Part shown: positions 39,501 to 49,965 of the stretch, one piece after another
Numbering within the stretch: the first letter of the stretch is position 1
Layout of the letters: each line of letters starts with the position of its first letter
NCBI RefSeq assembly: GCF_003018255.1
Contig: NZ_CP027440.1
Length of the DNA stretch: 64,000 bases
Source of the DNA: Escherichia coli
Lineage (GTDB): Bacteria; Pseudomonadota; Gammaproteobacteria; Enterobacterales; Enterobacteriaceae
Reading direction: 5' to 3' (one strand)
Notes under the pieces: generated by a model
Seen by the model: the letters and a program-made list of their open reading frames with translations, nothing else
Told to the model about the DNA's origin: nothing
Databases searched by the model: none
Program-made: the position numbers and the translations under genes

Positions 39501-42500
39501 ATACAACTGGGCGTACATATTGGTTACCAGGCCCATAGAATCATCTTGTTTTACCGTAAAGGAGGTAGTCCCGTCCGCGCCAGTCACCCCATAAAGCAGG
39601 CTTGAAGAACTATTCATCCTCGCAGAAGCGCCTGCCGCGTTAATTACCGTAATCGACTTATTTATCATCTCGGCATTTTGACGGTTCTTCGAGCCTTCAC
39701 GTCTGAGAATAAAGGGGACATTGGGCACGCTATTTCCCTGCGTATTTTTAGTCACCACGCGAATCACCGCGTCTTCGCCTTTTTTCACTTTCAACGCACT
39801 CAAGGTGTCGTCAACTTTGACAAATTGCGCCGTATCATTCGCCTCAACAATGATCTGACTGGCAACGGCGACAGGCGTGGTCCGGCAGCTCAGTAATGCA
39901 CCACCAGATGAGGGCATCTGCGTTTCATCTCCTGTCTTCAGCGAAACGACATCATACGTAAAGGTTTGAGTGAACGTATCTGCAACGGTATTCGAGATAT
40001 AGAACCTCGACACTGGCCAGCCAATAGCATCATGTAATGCGCTACTCCCCTGGTGCGCATAAATGGCCCTAAGTTCATTGTCAGTTGGAACATACTCCGC
40101 GCCACAACCATTTATCGAGGTATCGTTAGCCTGGCCCGACGGGAACGTAGACCAGGCCTCCCCCTCTTCCACCAGGGTACCGATACTGGTGGTAGCACTA
40201 TTCTCGTCCCTCAGCAAAGGCCTTCGATAAATAAGACCGTCATCGCCTGTCGCCGTTTCAGCCATATGCCCCCAGAATTTGGCTTTTGGCGAATCCGGGC
40301 TGGTAAGCACCGTAAAGACAACGGGAAGCGTCGATTTAGTGCTGCTGGAGGAATCCAACGCTGCCGTGAGTTCTGTTTTTAGCCCGGTAGTCTGGTCTTG
40401 CTTCAATGTGAAAGTGGTGATGCCATCAGCCCCCGTCACGCCATAAATAACCAGGGTCGTTGAAAGAAAATCATCTTGAGTATTTCCCCAGGCATCCGTT
40501 ACCGCCAGCGAAGCAATCGACGTCGTAGTTGACACATTGGCCCTGTTCACGCTGGTGTTTCGTTTGAGGGTAAATGCGGTATTTCCCACAGGGTTACCCT
40601 GCGCATCTTTAGTGGTCACTCGTAATACGGCTTCTTCGCCTTTTTTCGCTTTGACAACATTATTCGTACTGTCAAATTTTGTGGGGTCTGCAGCTTCAAG
40701 AACAATTTGGCTTGCCTTAACAATCGGCGTCGTCTGGCAGGTAAGCAGTTCTTTTGTGGCAGATGGAATTATCGAACTGGTGCCTGAACTGAGATTGACG
40801 GCCTTGAAGTCACGCTGTTCCAGGCTACTACTACCTGTTGTGCTGGAAAGGTAACTTGAGGCGACGGGCCAGCCCTGAACCGTTTTCATCGCATTGCCGC
40901 GGTTGGCTTCATACAATGACTCCAGCCCGGCCTGGGAGGGAACATATTCACTACCACAACCATTAGAGGCTGTGCTTATAGCCTGGGTTTGGGTAAATTG
41001 CGCCCAGTCTTCATTCTCTTCTGCAATCGCTGTTCGACCCGACGTACTGGATAACTCTTTCAACAATAATGGGCGTTTAAAGACCGTTCCATCTGCAGCC
41101 GTCACTGTTTCAGGCATATGCCCCCACATTTTCGCCTTATCGCTGTCCGGGCTGGTGACAACGGTAAAAATGGTATCGAGGGTCGCTTTTTTCGTTGTGT
41201 CTGAATAGAGCGCGACGGTCAGCGACGTTTTTGTGCCATGGGTATCCGGGCGGGTAATAGTGAGAATTTTAGTGCCATCGCTGCCGGTCATCGCGCTGTA
41301 TGCTGCGGCGGTATCATTGAGCGAAGTTTCATCCGCCAGGCCACTATTGATCACAACCGGCGCAACCAGCGCATCACCGCCACCGGCAATGTGTTTTTCG
41401 TTTGATCGGGTATAACCATCGCCACGCTTCAGCGTAAAAGGCATATCACCCAATGGATTGCCCTGAGCATCTTTTACCGTCACCTTCACCTGTAGCGTTT
41501 CGCCTTTTTTCAGCTTCGCCGCATTTGCTGCCGCGTTCCACTGCGCCGGGTCCACCACTTCCAGCGTAATGCTGCTGGCAGGATTGTTAGCCGTCGTCAG
41601 GCAACTGACATAAACCGCCGTGCTACCGCCAACGGTCCGCGCGCCATCGTTGAGGGCTATGGTGTAGTAATGCGGCACCTGATCCGCGGGCGAACTGCTC
41701 CAGTAGGGCTGACGCTGCGTTGGCCAACCGTGTACCGTTTGAACGGCGTTACCGCTGTTAGCATCATAGAGCGCGTTAAGCTGGGAACGGCGTGGGAGCA
41801 TATTGGCACCACAGCCACCTTTACTGGTGCTGGAAGTGTTGGCCTGGCTAACGCGCGACCACACTTCGTTATTTTCCGTTAATGTGCCGTCCGGGCTGGA
41901 CACTTCCGCAGCCAGCCGGGGTCGGGCAAAGGTTAATGCATCGACGGTAATCGTCTCATCCATATGACCCCACATCTGCGCGCCAACCGCATCCGGACTG
42001 GTGAGCGTAGTGAAAATCACATTGTAATTAACAGTATTGGGAATATAGGAGTTTACAGGCGCAATATTCAGCGGCGTCGCTAAGCCCACACCTTGCGGTT
42101 GCTTAATTTCCACAGTAGCAAAACCCTGCGCATCCGTAGTACCGGCATAGACTAAAGACGGTTGCGATGTTCCGTAGAGTGTGCCATTCATCTCGATTGC
42201 GCCGCGGGTTGGATCATCAAAACCTGTAGTCTGCCCCTGACGATTTTTCCCCATATCTTTAGTGATGGTGAACGCGGTATACGGCACGGGCGCATTATTC
42301 AAGGCATTAAAGGTGCGTACCGTCATGGTAATCGTTTCACCCTCTTTAGCCTGCGCTCTGCTGCTTGTGGAAACATCATGATCGGTGGTCGCAGCAATCT
42401 GGGCGACCATCTCATTGCCCGAACAAGAAAGGTAGTTTTGCTTAAAGCCGGAATAGGTGTCGATGTTGCCCGTGGCCAGGTTCACCGACGCGTGCGACGT

Positions 42501-44558
42501 CTCTTCCACCGCACTAAGATACGCTTTTTGCAACGTTGGCCAGCCATATTCGGTGCCGATGACATTGGCTGGATGTGCGGCAAACAAACTGTGCAATGAG
42601 CTTTGGCTCGGAATATGACCTAAACCACACTCAGCCTGCATACTGCTATTCTGATCAAACAGCGCCCAGTCTTCGTTATTTTCCCGCACTGCTCCCAGTT
42701 CGTTGTCGGTTTCATCCGCCAGCCGTGGGCGTTTAAAGATATTATTCGCTTCAATAATGCCTAACATATGTCCCCACATCCGCGCTTTGTCGGAATCAGG
42801 GCTGGTGATCACCGTAAAAATAACGTCTTTCTCATCCGAGGCGGTAAAATCACTGCGCATTTTCGCGGTGATGTGTGTTTTCACCCCCACGCCGCCTGGC
42901 TGGGTCAGCGTCAGAGAGGCCTCTCCGTTAGCATCAGTGATCCCTTCATAGGTATGCGCGTCAACTTTGCGAACGTTACTGCCACCATCAATTTGTACCG
43001 GATGCGTCTCCCACGCAGCGTCAGTTTGATTCTTACGGTTAACACCGTCATCCAGATGCAGCGAAAAGTAGTAGTAAGCCAGCGGCTGATCGTTGTTCTT
43101 GCTATCGGTAATCGTCAGGCGTAAAGAAGCCTCTTCCCCCACCTTTACTTTCATCGCTTTTATCGTCGAATCATAACTGCCCGGCGTCAGTACCAGCTTC
43201 GGTTCAACATCGGGCGCTTCTTTATCGACACAGCTCACAATAAACGTCGTATCGTCCGGTTTTTGCGCTTCGCTGCGGTTCGAAACATCCGCCGCATGGT
43301 GCTGCCCGCTCATCCCCGCCAGTGATGACCAGTAGTAGTTACCCTGCATCGGCCAACCAGCCACATCCTGCACTGACGTTGGCACCACCGTCGCCAGCGC
43401 ACCGAACTGACGCATTCCGGGCAAAATGTCGCAATGTTTATCCGCACCACTCCAGGTAAAGGTGGACCAGGTTTCATTGTGATCGTTAACCGTACCGTCT
43501 TCATTATCGACTTCCGCCGCCAGTTTTGGTCGACTAAAAGTGTAATCACGGGCCTTCAGCGTATCGGGCATATGACCCCACATTGTGGCCTGCGGGACAT
43601 CCGGGCTGGTGAGGACGGTAAAGATCACTGCCGTTTCACTGGTCTGAGCAATACCCGCGAGGCTCGCGACCAACGGCGTTTTTACACCAGGGGCGTTGGC
43701 CTGGGTGACCGTAACCGTGGCAACACCATTCGCATCGGTAGTACCACGATATTCCGTCGCGGTGGTGGTTAATTCGGTCGTGCCCAGTTTTACCGGCGCA
43801 GTATTGTTCACTACACCCTGGCGGTTTTCAGCATCTTTGCGTTTGATAACAAAAGGAATATTCCCCACAACATTACCGACGCAATCTTTGGTGGTGACCG
43901 TTAACGTGATACTGCCGCCAACCGTCGTTTTCGCCGCACCGGAGGATTCGTCATAGCCCGCGGCGCTGACGGAAATAAGGTCACCCTGCGCGGGCGCAAT
44001 CTTCAGCGTCACTTTCTGATCGGCGAGGGTCAGAACACTTTCATAGGGATAGCCCGTCGAGGTAAGTAGATATAACAGCGGCATGGTCTGCTGGGGGTCT
44101 GGCTGCGCCCAGGCGATCAGCGAACGCCCGGCAAGGCCCTGTGCGCAAAATGAGCGATCTGCGACTGGCTGTGGGTCCAGTAAGGTGTCCGGCGTCGCGG
44201 CATCCGCCCAAACTAAAGATACTGTCGGTGGCGTTTGGTTTTCCCAACGTGGTGTGGCAATGATATCGCCTTCTCTGTCTTGCGGGTTGGTGACGAGCAA
44301 TTTAGAGACGCTAACATCCGCGCTGAATTCACTCGGTTTAGCGGTAAACGCTACCTCATGCGTCTTTGCAGGATCCAGAAAGACACTGCCCTGGTAGACG
44401 GGTATGCTGGCACTGTCGGCGGTGGGCACGGTACCGTTAAATTCGCCGACCGTATCTGAAGAGTCTTGCCATGCAGATTCTGCCCATGCCCCCCCAGGCA
44501 GCATTGCGCTTATCAGCAATGCGCAAAACACAAGGATTTTATTCAGGGTCAGGGACAT
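36504..44558 (-). CDS. ratA: Giant repetitive surface protein, RatA-like (signal peptide plus nine ~270-aa Ig-like/lectin-like repeat units)
   Basis: 2684-aa ORF with ATG at 44556-44558 and GGAG Shine-Dalgarno; signal peptide [26 protein letters not shown]; nine units each carrying ...FTV(I/L/V)TSPD...WGHMP... and a downstream Cys pair; T/S/N/G-rich. Last gene of the sinH-sinI-ratA arrangement. Confidence 0.8.
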   Translation of the reverse strand: MSLTLNKILVFCALLISAMLPGGAWAESAWQDSSDTVGEFNGTVPTADSASIPVYQGSVFLDPAKTHEVAFTAKPSEFSADVSVSKLLVTNPQDREGDIIATPRWENQTPPTVSLVWADAATPDTLLDPQPVADRSFCAQGLAGRSLIAWAQPDPQQTMPLLYLLTSTGYPYESVLTLADQKVTLKIAPAQGDLISVSAAGYDESSGAAKTTVGGSITLTVTTKDCVGNVVGNIPFVIKRKDAENRQGVVNNTAPVKLGTTELTTTATEYRGTTDANGVATVTVTQANAPGVKTPLVASLAGIAQTSETAVIFTVLTSPDVPQATMWGHMPDTLKARDYTFSRPKLAAEVDNEDGTVNDHNETWSTFTWSGADKHCDILPGMRQFGALATVVPTSVQDVAGWPMQGNYYWSSLAGMSGQHHAADVSNRSEAQKPDDTTFIVSCVDKEAPDVEPKLVLTPGSYDSTIKAMKVKVGEEASLRLTITDSKNNDQPLAYYYFSLHLDDGVNRKNQTDAAWETHPVQIDGGSNVRKVDAHTYEGITDANGEASLTLTQPGGVGVKTHITAKMRSDFTASDEKDVIFTVITSPDSDKARMWGHMLGIIEANNIFKRPRLADETDNELGAVRENNEDWALFDQNSSMQAECGLGHIPSQSSLHSLFAAHPANVIGTEYGWPTLQKAYLSAVEETSHASVNLATGNIDTYSGFKQNYLSCSGNEMVAQIAATTDHDVSTSSRAQAKEGETITMTVRTFNALNNAPVPYTAFTITKDMGKNRQGQTTGFDDPTRGAIEMNGTLYGTSQPSLVYAGTTDAQGFATVEIKQPQGVGLATPLNIAPVNSYIPNTVNYNVIFTTLTSPDAVGAQMWGHMDETITVDALTFARPRLAAEVSSPDGTLTENNEVWSRVSQANTSSTSKGGCGANMLPRRSQLNALYDANSGNAVQTVHGWPTQRQPYWSSSPADQVPHYYTIALNDGARTVGGSTAVYVSCLTTANNPASSITLEVVDPAQWNAAANAAKLKKGETLQVKVTVKDAQGNPLGDMPFTLKRGDGYTRSNEKHIAGGGDALVAPVVINSGLADETSLNDTAAAYSAMTGSDGTKILTITRPDTHGTKTSLTVALYSDTTKKATLDTIFTVVTSPDSDKAKMWGHMPETVTAADGTVFKRPLLLKELSSTSGRTAIAEENEDWAQFTQTQAISTASNGCGSEYVPSQAGLESLYEANRGNAMKTVQGWPVASSYLSSTTGSSSLEQRDFKAVNLSSGTSSIIPSATKELLTCQTTPIVKASQIVLEAADPTKFDSTNNVVKAKKGEEAVLRVTTKDAQGNPVGNTAFTLKRNTSVNRANVSTTTSIASLAVTDAWGNTQDDFLSTTLVIYGVTGADGITTFTLKQDQTTGLKTELTAALDSSSSTKSTLPVVFTVLTSPDSPKAKFWGHMAETATGDDGLIYRRPLLRDENSATTSIGTLVEEGEAWSTFPSGQANDTSINGCGAEYVPTDNELRAIYAHQGSSALHDAIGWPVSRFYISNTVADTFTQTFTYDVVSLKTGDETQMPSSGGALLSCRTTPVAVASQIIVEANDTAQFVKVDDTLSALKVKKGEDAVIRVVTKNTQGNSVPNVPFILRREGSKNRQNAEMINKSITVINAAGASARMNSSSSLLYGVTGADGTTSFTVKQDDSMGLVTNMYAQLYQLTIESNKLPVMFTVITSPDTPLASYWGHMPETFTTRSGIAFKRPLLTAEHPAGQSTMANNESWLSLNTAAKNDVSKSDCGEPYQPLLSEFQELYSEHPNGAIGTDLGLPLTNTWWAYDKIAYANVWYDQSINLSNGSSSRALSNTVAFVSCLVNPHAVAASIEMTSTALDAEKTASNDGRPSATAAKGTAIRMTVIVRDSGGNLLPGANFNLIRGTALDRAKNRLDSTYDDLTIVPVTPAGVNMSLYNNGAQALLTTGSDGKATFDVTQNETYGLATPLTATLMRDTTKSATMDVIFTVITSPNSPKAKYWGHMPDTFTSRAGVTFKRPLLAAEATLGSSVSNNNESWSYLFYTNKVTPDCPVEYQPRLNELQGLYNDHPGGTILTDLGLPITAGSGNWWTYEMSTTDALTWYYGVINLKTGQSTTTINGYALMLCLTQPHSAPASLTLSSTAYDEGRTASNGGTPTSSVKKGEMLPIVVTIKDANGNPVGGEGVTLKRVQAKSRSGISVSSNTVDDLILDEVTPTSARISFNQNTSAWSGFTGSDGTITFNVTQNNTVGLVTPFTASLARNPQVTANQDLIFTVVTSPDSAKANYWGHMPATLTAVNGAVFERPKLWSELTSTSGVGKINNNNEDWPYFTPTQKSDASVSPCEVARQPLFNDLSSLSARYPNNTFVTETGWPAYYTWWAEDKSADGKDQSVDLRNGTLYTGSTKSFQPCLANARSTVSSVTLTSTAFDAATQAAKVKKGEAMSVTVTVKDSAGNTVPNVEFTLKRGEASPRNAGATLYGNVVAMDDLVVQPLSGSAVTLSESGNTISGMTGADGTASFTLRQDNTPGYKMPLTVTLANYASATDTLDAIFTVPTSPNVSSAHFWGHMADTVVVTSKSLHRPLLTTELPSGANPVSSPIINYENWASAHIIDASKWDIARQCGSIENAPTYNELELLHTVFNSLGWPSSPSFPYLSSQQCGMDEGTGAQDCSITLIKNKPGLVTCFQ
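36750..43650 (-). repeat. Nine tandem, diverged ~0.80-0.86 kb intragenic repeat units within the ratA-like gene
   Basis: The DNA motif CATATG(A/C/T)CCCCA (encoding WGHM on the minus strand) recurs at about 36865, 37698, 38557, 39411, 40263, 41115, 41962, 42766 and 43569. Confidence 0.85.
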
Positions 44559-44678
44559 GACAGAAACTCCACCGGTTGTTAAACGGACGCTTGTCGCATC
44601 AACATATTTTGCTTAATCCGGGATTAAGCAAAATATGCGGAAACAGCATTCCCTTGCGGGAATGCTGCTGAGTACGCG

Positions 44679-45656
44679 TTATTTGTGTTTGTAAATAATG
44701 TGAAGTTTGTACCCCTGTACCCCGTCGCCGTTGGTCGGGATGGTAAGAGCTTCTTTACCATCGCGCGCAGGGCCGTTAAGGTTGGTTCTGGCGTCTTCGT
44801 TGGTCGCAGGGATGACCAGATTGTTATTATCGAAGCTTGAGTTGACGATACCACCCGAGGTGCCGAGCTGTTGGCTGCTGCCAGAAAGTACCCAACGGAA
44901 GTCATAATTGGCGGTAACGTCAGCATCGGTATCCGCATCAAACTTGCCATTTTTGTTCTCATCCGAGTACAGTTTGGCCACGTAGGTTTTGCCAAGTTCG
45001 ATTGGCGTACTGCCGTTGATAAGGTTGATACTGGTACCATCAACAAAGATGGCGACTTTCAGGTTCTGGTTAACTACCGGCCCTGGCGCAACGTTGTCGC
45101 TGTCGCTTCCGCCGCCGCTGGCAGTGGAAATGTCATAAAGATGCAGCGCAGTCCCGACGTTTGGCGTACCGGTCTGCGTGGTCGGCGTAATTTCAATACC
45201 GATATAACGACCACGGTCGTCATCGGTAAGAGTGTAACTGGTCACCTTCGTTGCCAGCTCTTTCGGATCGCCCCCCTGAGCGTCCTTGTAGCTCATCCAG
45301 CGGATAGTATCGATAGTCTTTGCGTTATCGCCCAATCCCCCAAGATCCACGTCGCCTTCGGTATCACCAATTTCCCAACTTACGGTTAATTTATCACCCG
45401 AGTAAAGACGCTTGTCCGTTTCACTGCCTGTCGGGCGAGCGCCTTTTAGATCAGAAGTCAACGTTACATGGTCGGCATCTGTCGTAGCGCTTCCCCCTTC
45501 CGAATAGAGCCACGGAATGGTTCCCTGGAAAATATTGGTTTCGCCGCTGTCGACCCAGGCGCTTTCTTCCGCCAGCGCCACAGGTGCCACACAATAACCT
45601 GCCAGTGCCAGCGCCAATGCGATCCGGGTCAGACCGCGTCTTTTATCCTGCTTCAT
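44679..45656 (-). CDS. sinI: SinI-like secreted protein (signal peptide; C-terminal domain paralogous to the SinH C-terminus)
   Basis: 325 aa; ATG at 45654-45656 with AGGAGA Shine-Dalgarno; signal peptide ...ALALAGYCVAPVALA; C-terminal ~110 aa aligns with the SinH C-terminus (LVIPATN, GDGxQGY motifs). Confidence 0.7.
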   Translation of the reverse strand: MKQDKRRGLTRIALALALAGYCVAPVALAEESAWVDSGETNIFQGTIPWLYSEGGSATTDADHVTLTSDLKGARPTGSETDKRLYSGDKLTVSWEIGDTEGDVDLGGLGDNAKTIDTIRWMSYKDAQGGDPKELATKVTSYTLTDDDRGRYIGIEITPTTQTGTPNVGTALHLYDISTASGGGSDSDNVAPGPVVNQNLKVAIFVDGTSINLINGSTPIELGKTYVAKLYSDENKNGKFDADTDADVTANYDFRWVLSGSSQQLGTSGGIVNSSFDNNNLVIPATNEDARTNLNGPARDGKEALTIPTNGDGVQGYKLHIIYKHK

Positions 45657-45710
45657 TGATGCTCTCCTTAATGAACCTTCAGCGACTGGCCGACTGGCCT
45701 TACGCCAATC

Positions 45711-47888
45711 TTATTTTTTGGTATACAGCACGCGTAAACCGTATCCCTGCAAGCCATCTCCCGCTTGTGCGCCATAGGTTTGCGCTGCTTCGCGGTTAGT
45801 GGCCGGAATCACAATGTCCTCATTGGAAGAGTTCGCCTGTGCACCCACTTCACCATTGATGCTCTTGCCGGTAAATTCCCACTTGTAGTCGTACTGCGCC
45901 ATCTCTTCGTCAGTCAGTTTTTCGACCTGCTGGAAGACACCGTCTTTATTGCTGTCACGCCACAAAACAAATCGATAAGTGTTGTTGAGCGGCAGCGGTT
46001 CTTTATCTTTACCTATCAGGTTGCTGGGTTTAGCTGCCCCCACACGATAGATAAATGCATTTAGCCCACCAATTTCTGCCCCGAGGAAAGTGACATCCAC
46101 ATAGTTACTGTCGTCGTAGGGCGCAGCTTTTGCTTTCCAGCGATAGGTGCCGGGTAAGGTACTGGAGAGGGTGACAGTGCCCTTTTCTTTATCTTGTTTA
46201 GCGATAAAAACGCAGGGGTTGTCGGTCGAGCAAGGCTTGTTGGTTAACGTCACTCGTTTGTCCTGCGCGTCGTAAAGCCGCGGCGTGAGGTTATCTTCCG
46301 GCAGCGCATCGCCATTGCGGTCGGTGTTATCGCCAAAGCTGTCGGTTACATCGAGATCCATCACCACACCATCAACGCCATCTGCCTGGGCGCTGGCTTC
46401 GTGGCTGTGGTTGTTCTCTTCCGGCACGTTCGCGATGTTATTAACAATCAACTCAATTTTACGGTCCTGCTGAACGGTGATTTCCACCACACCAGAGTTC
46501 TGTCGGTTGCCCTTTTCATCTTCCAGTGCCAGACGTACTCGCCAGGTATTGAGTTTTTCTTGTTCGGCTTTGTCAGAGCTGTACTGCCAGGCGGGCAGCA
46601 CCAGGTTCCAGTGGTTATTGTTACCCTCTGTCAGGGTATTCTCTTTGATAACCGGCATAACCAGCGTGCGGGCAGCATTGTTTTTCGCCTGCCATGACGC
46701 AGCGACAATTTTGTAGTGGTGGTTGATAAGCGCGTTAATGGTCCACTTACATTTTTCCAGCCCGACCGCCGCTTCAGGCGTATCTTTAATGACACACTCG
46801 GGGTGTTCGTTGGTGGCATCCGCTTTTAACCACAGGGTGACATCAAGCGGATCTTTTTCTTTGTATTCCAGAACAATAAAGTTATTACGCTCAACAAAAT
46901 CATGACGACTGCCCATCAACGAGTGAGCCGCTTTCACTTTATCGCTATCCAATTGATCTTTTAGCGGAACGCCGAACTGATAATTAAGAGTGGCATTAAT
47001 GCTGACATCGCTGTTATCTCCGGTCCCCGCTTTATAGTCCGCCCCAACGGTTAGTAATGGCACCGGTTGATAATTCAGTCCAAGTGTTACCGCGTAGGGA
47101 TCTTTCTCCAAATTATCCGTACCAAAAAGGGCAACTTCATCGCCGTAATATTGCTCGAAGACAACTTTGCCCCCCAGTTGCGGATAAGAAGGTAACCAGG
47201 CTTCGGCGCGAATATCCCAGCCGCGCGCAGGACGCTCCTCATAAAAATCGAAATCTTCGGAGTCTTTCCAGTCAGAAAGCGGATGATAATAGTTGCCAGA
47301 GAATTTTAAATAATCAGTCCACGCTTCGCCGCCTAAACCTAAACGGCGATGTCCTCGGGTAAAATCATAATCATAAAATATATTCCCGCCCAATAACCAT
47401 TCATTAAAATTATGTCTTACCCCAAGACCAATATTCCCGATTGTACGATCTTCTTTTCGCTGCGCAGAAAATTGACTGAAATAAACAGTGGTTTGATTAT
47501 CGTACCAGGGAACAAAATAATCGATGGAACTGCCATCCAGATCGCCGCCCTGGCCAATGGAGAGGTTCGAACGGACCTTACCGTAGGGAGAGAGAGTGTC
47601 TTCAATATAAGATTGTGCGGTTGAGGTGATTTGACTTTGCAGATAGCTTCTGGCCTGAGATTCCAGCGCCTCAGGGGTCAAGTTTTCAAACCCTTGCGTG
47701 GCGGAGTTGATGATGTAATCGGCTCCGCGCTCTTTCAGCGATTTACCCTTGTTGGTTTGTTCATCCTGCTGTGCTGCCTGGCTACCTAAATCAGGTAACG
47801 ATTCGTTTTGCTTAACATTTATCTCTGGTGCCGCGAAAGCAGCACCAGAGATAAATGTTAGAATAATACAGCGTTTCCATCGCAGCAT
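45711..47888 (-). CDS. sinH: Intimin/invasin-family inverse autotransporter (SinH-like)
   Basis: ORF track starts at a TTG (47918); probable ATG start at 47886-47888 (MLRWKRCIILTFISGAAFA, signal peptide) with AGGGA Shine-Dalgarno. N-terminal region with alternating aromatic beta-strand pattern typical of the intimin/invasin beta-barrel, followed by Ig-like passenger domains. Confidence 0.8.
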   Translation of the reverse strand: MLRWKRCIILTFISGAAFAAPEINVKQNESLPDLGSQAAQQDEQTNKGKSLKERGADYIINSATQGFENLTPEALESQARSYLQSQITSTAQSYIEDTLSPYGKVRSNLSIGQGGDLDGSSIDYFVPWYDNQTTVYFSQFSAQRKEDRTIGNIGLGVRHNFNEWLLGGNIFYDYDFTRGHRRLGLGGEAWTDYLKFSGNYYHPLSDWKDSEDFDFYEERPARGWDIRAEAWLPSYPQLGGKVVFEQYYGDEVALFGTDNLEKDPYAVTLGLNYQPVPLLTVGADYKAGTGDNSDVSINATLNYQFGVPLKDQLDSDKVKAAHSLMGSRHDFVERNNFIVLEYKEKDPLDVTLWLKADATNEHPECVIKDTPEAAVGLEKCKWTINALINHHYKIVAASWQAKNNAARTLVMPVIKENTLTEGNNNHWNLVLPAWQYSSDKAEQEKLNTWRVRLALEDEKGNRQNSGVVEITVQQDRKIELIVNNIANVPEENNHSHEASAQADGVDGVVMDLDVTDSFGDNTDRNGDALPEDNLTPRLYDAQDKRVTLTNKPCSTDNPCVFIAKQDKEKGTVTLSSTLPGTYRWKAKAAPYDDSNYVDVTFLGAEIGGLNAFIYRVGAAKPSNLIGKDKEPLPLNNTYRFVLWRDSNKDGVFQQVEKLTDEEMAQYDYKWEFTGKSINGEVGAQANSSNEDIVIPATNREAAQTYGAQAGDGLQGYGLRVLYTKK

Positions 47889-48097
47889 GCACTTTCCCTG
47901 TGACAATGATACAGTCAAAAATAAGCTTTAATATTGTATCCCTGATTATTCAGAAAGGCATGTCATAAAGAATAAATATACTCTTAATTATTTAAATTAG
48001 TGATTTCACTCAATTACATTAGTTATTCCACTAATAACAGATTGTTTTACCATTCACATATTAAATATAAATGATAAAACAATATATTCACATGATA
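47889..48097 (-). promoter_or_regulatory. AT-rich upstream/promoter region of the sinH-sinI-ratA cluster
   Basis: ~210-bp spacer between the yfgJ stop and sinH start, visibly much more AT-rich than flanking coding DNA; no other promoter-sized gap before sinH. Confidence 0.5.
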
Positions 48098-48313
48098 TTA
48101 AGCAATAACAAATTCAACGCGTTTTTTAGATATTAAACCGTGCCCATGTTGGCAGAAATAATCCACAACACCACAAGCTTTTAACACTTGTAACGGCTGA
48201 TGACACTCAGGGCAAAGTGCCTGGACGGTAAAGTCTTTGTCGCAAGTTGCACAGTGGGCAGTCTCGCCATTGCGTTCGAGAGGGATTTTGCAGGTTGGAC
48301 AGTTGAGTGCCAT
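48098..48313 (-). CDS. yfgJ: Zinc-ribbon protein YfgJ
   Basis: 71 aa with paired CxxC motifs (CPTCK...CATCD...CPEC...CQHGH). Confidence 0.85.
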   Translation of the reverse strand: MALNCPTCKIPLERNGETAHCATCDKDFTVQALCPECHQPLQVLKACGVVDYFCQHGHGLISKKRVEFVIA

Positions 48314-48336
48314 AAATACTCCTCACGTGTTATTCG

Positions 48337-48366
48337 GTTTCCCTCTCCGTGTGGAAAGGGAAACCA
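48337..48366 (-). terminator. Hairpin between der and yfgJ (attenuator/terminator-like)
   Basis: ggtttccct ctccgtgtgg aaagggaaacc, a 9-bp stem. Confidence 0.5.
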
Positions 48367-48375
48367 GATAAGTGA

Positions 48376-49848
48376 TTACTTACTTTTCTTGATATGCTTC
48401 ATCAGGCGCTTACGTTTACGCATCTGGGTTGGCGTCAGGGTGTTACGCTTGTTCGCATACGGGTTTTCCCCTTCTTTGAACTGAATACGAATCGGCGATC
48501 CCATTACGTCCAGCGATTTGCGGAAGTAGTTCATCAAGTAACGCTTGTAGGAATCAGGCAGGTCTTTCACCTGGTTACCGTGAATCACCACAATCGGCGG
48601 GTTATAACCACCAGCGTGGGCATATTTCAGCTTCACACGACGACCGCGTACCAACGGCGGTTGGTGATCTTCAACAGCCATCGTCATGATGCGCGTCAGC
48701 ATAGAGGTCCCCACACGACGGGTGGAGCTGTCATACGCTTCACGTACTGATTCAAACAGATTACCAACACCACTGCCGTGCAAGGCTGAGATAAAATGCA
48801 CACGAGCAAAATCGATAAAGCCCAGACGGAAGTCCAGCGTTTCTTTCACCTGCTCTTTCACTTCCTGGCTCAGGCCATCCCACTTATTCACTACAATGAC
48901 AAGTGAGCGCCCACTATTGAGAATAAAGCCCAGCAACGAGAGATCCTGATCGGAAATACCTTCGCGGGCGTCAATCACCAACATCACCACGTTGGCATCT
49001 TCAATGGCCTGCAACGTTTTGATTACCGAGAATTTCTCTACAGCATCGGTGATTTTGCCGCGTTTACGTACGCCAGCGGTGTCAATGAGCACATACTCAC
49101 GTCCGTCGCGTTCCATTGGAATGTAGATGCTGTCACGCGTCGTGCCAGGCATGTCGTAAACAACAACGCGCTCTTCACCAAGAATACGGTTCGTGAGTGT
49201 AGACTTACCTACGTTCGGACGACCCACAATCGCCAGTTTGATCGGCAGACTTTGCGGGTCGAAGTCATCTTCCTCTTCTTCTTCGCCGTTTTCTTCTGCT
49301 TCAAATTGCGCCCAGTATTCAGCGTCTTCATCCACTTCTTCTTGTGGTGCGAGATCTTCCATCCACGGCAGCAGCACGTGCTCCAGCAGACTTAATACGC
49401 CACGACCGTGAGACGCGGCGATCGGGTAGATTTCCCCTAAACCAAGCGAGTAAAAATCAACTACCGCCTGATCAGGATCCAGCCCGTCAGTTTTGTTTGC
49501 CACCAGGAAGGTTGGCTTTTCGCGGGAGCGCAGATGTTTAGCAATAGCTTCATCCGCAGGCATCAGACCCGCGCGCGCATCGACCATAAACAGCACAACG
49601 TCCGCTTCTTCAATCGCCAGCAGCGACTGTTCCGCCATACGTGTCTCTACACCGTCTTCGGTGCCATCAATCCCGCCAGTATCAATACAAATAAACTCGC
49701 GGCCTTCAATTTCTGCACGACCGTATTTACGGTCACGAGTCAGACCTGGGAAATCCGCAACCAGCGCATCTCGTGTGCGAGTTAGACGGTTAAATAACGT
49801 GGATTTTCCTACGTTAGGGCGCCCGACAAGCGCGACCACAGGTACCAT
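48376..49848 (-). CDS. der: Ribosome-associated GTPase Der (EngA)
   Basis: ORF 48376..49887; probable start at [20 protein letters not shown]; two tandem GTPase domains (GRPNVGKS twice) plus C-terminal KH-like domain; 490 aa. Confidence 0.92.
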   Translation of the reverse strand: MVPVVALVGRPNVGKSTLFNRLTRTRDALVADFPGLTRDRKYGRAEIEGREFICIDTGGIDGTEDGVETRMAEQSLLAIEEADVVLFMVDARAGLMPADEAIAKHLRSREKPTFLVANKTDGLDPDQAVVDFYSLGLGEIYPIAASHGRGVLSLLEHVLLPWMEDLAPQEEVDEDAEYWAQFEAEENGEEEEEDDFDPQSLPIKLAIVGRPNVGKSTLTNRILGEERVVVYDMPGTTRDSIYIPMERDGREYVLIDTAGVRKRGKITDAVEKFSVIKTLQAIEDANVVMLVIDAREGISDQDLSLLGFILNSGRSLVIVVNKWDGLSQEVKEQVKETLDFRLGFIDFARVHFISALHGSGVGNLFESVREAYDSSTRRVGTSMLTRIMTMAVEDHQPPLVRGRRVKLKYAHAGGYNPPIVVIHGNQVKDLPDSYKRYLMNYFRKSLDVMGSPIRIQFKEGENPYANKRNTLTPTQMRKRKRLMKHIKKSK

Positions 49849-49965
49849 GTTTAAAGCCTCATTTTTATAAATCATCAGACAACGCACGCTATATTCGTGT
49901 CGTTGTTAAAAACAGGAAAACGGCCCCTGTCCAGGAGCCGTTTTCAAAGTGAACGACAGAGACGA

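Noticed and set aside
37513-44459. About twenty 60-145-aa + strand ORFs scattered through the ratA-like gene
   Set aside because: All lie antisense to one continuous 8-kb reading frame with a signal peptide and periodic domain structure; none has convincing start signals.
36436-48097. The island as a classical mobile genomic island, or as a novel defence or secretion system
   Set aside because: No integrase, transposase, tRNA, flanking direct repeats, nuclease, ATPase or methyltransferase genes; all three products are secreted or surface adhesin-like proteins of known families.
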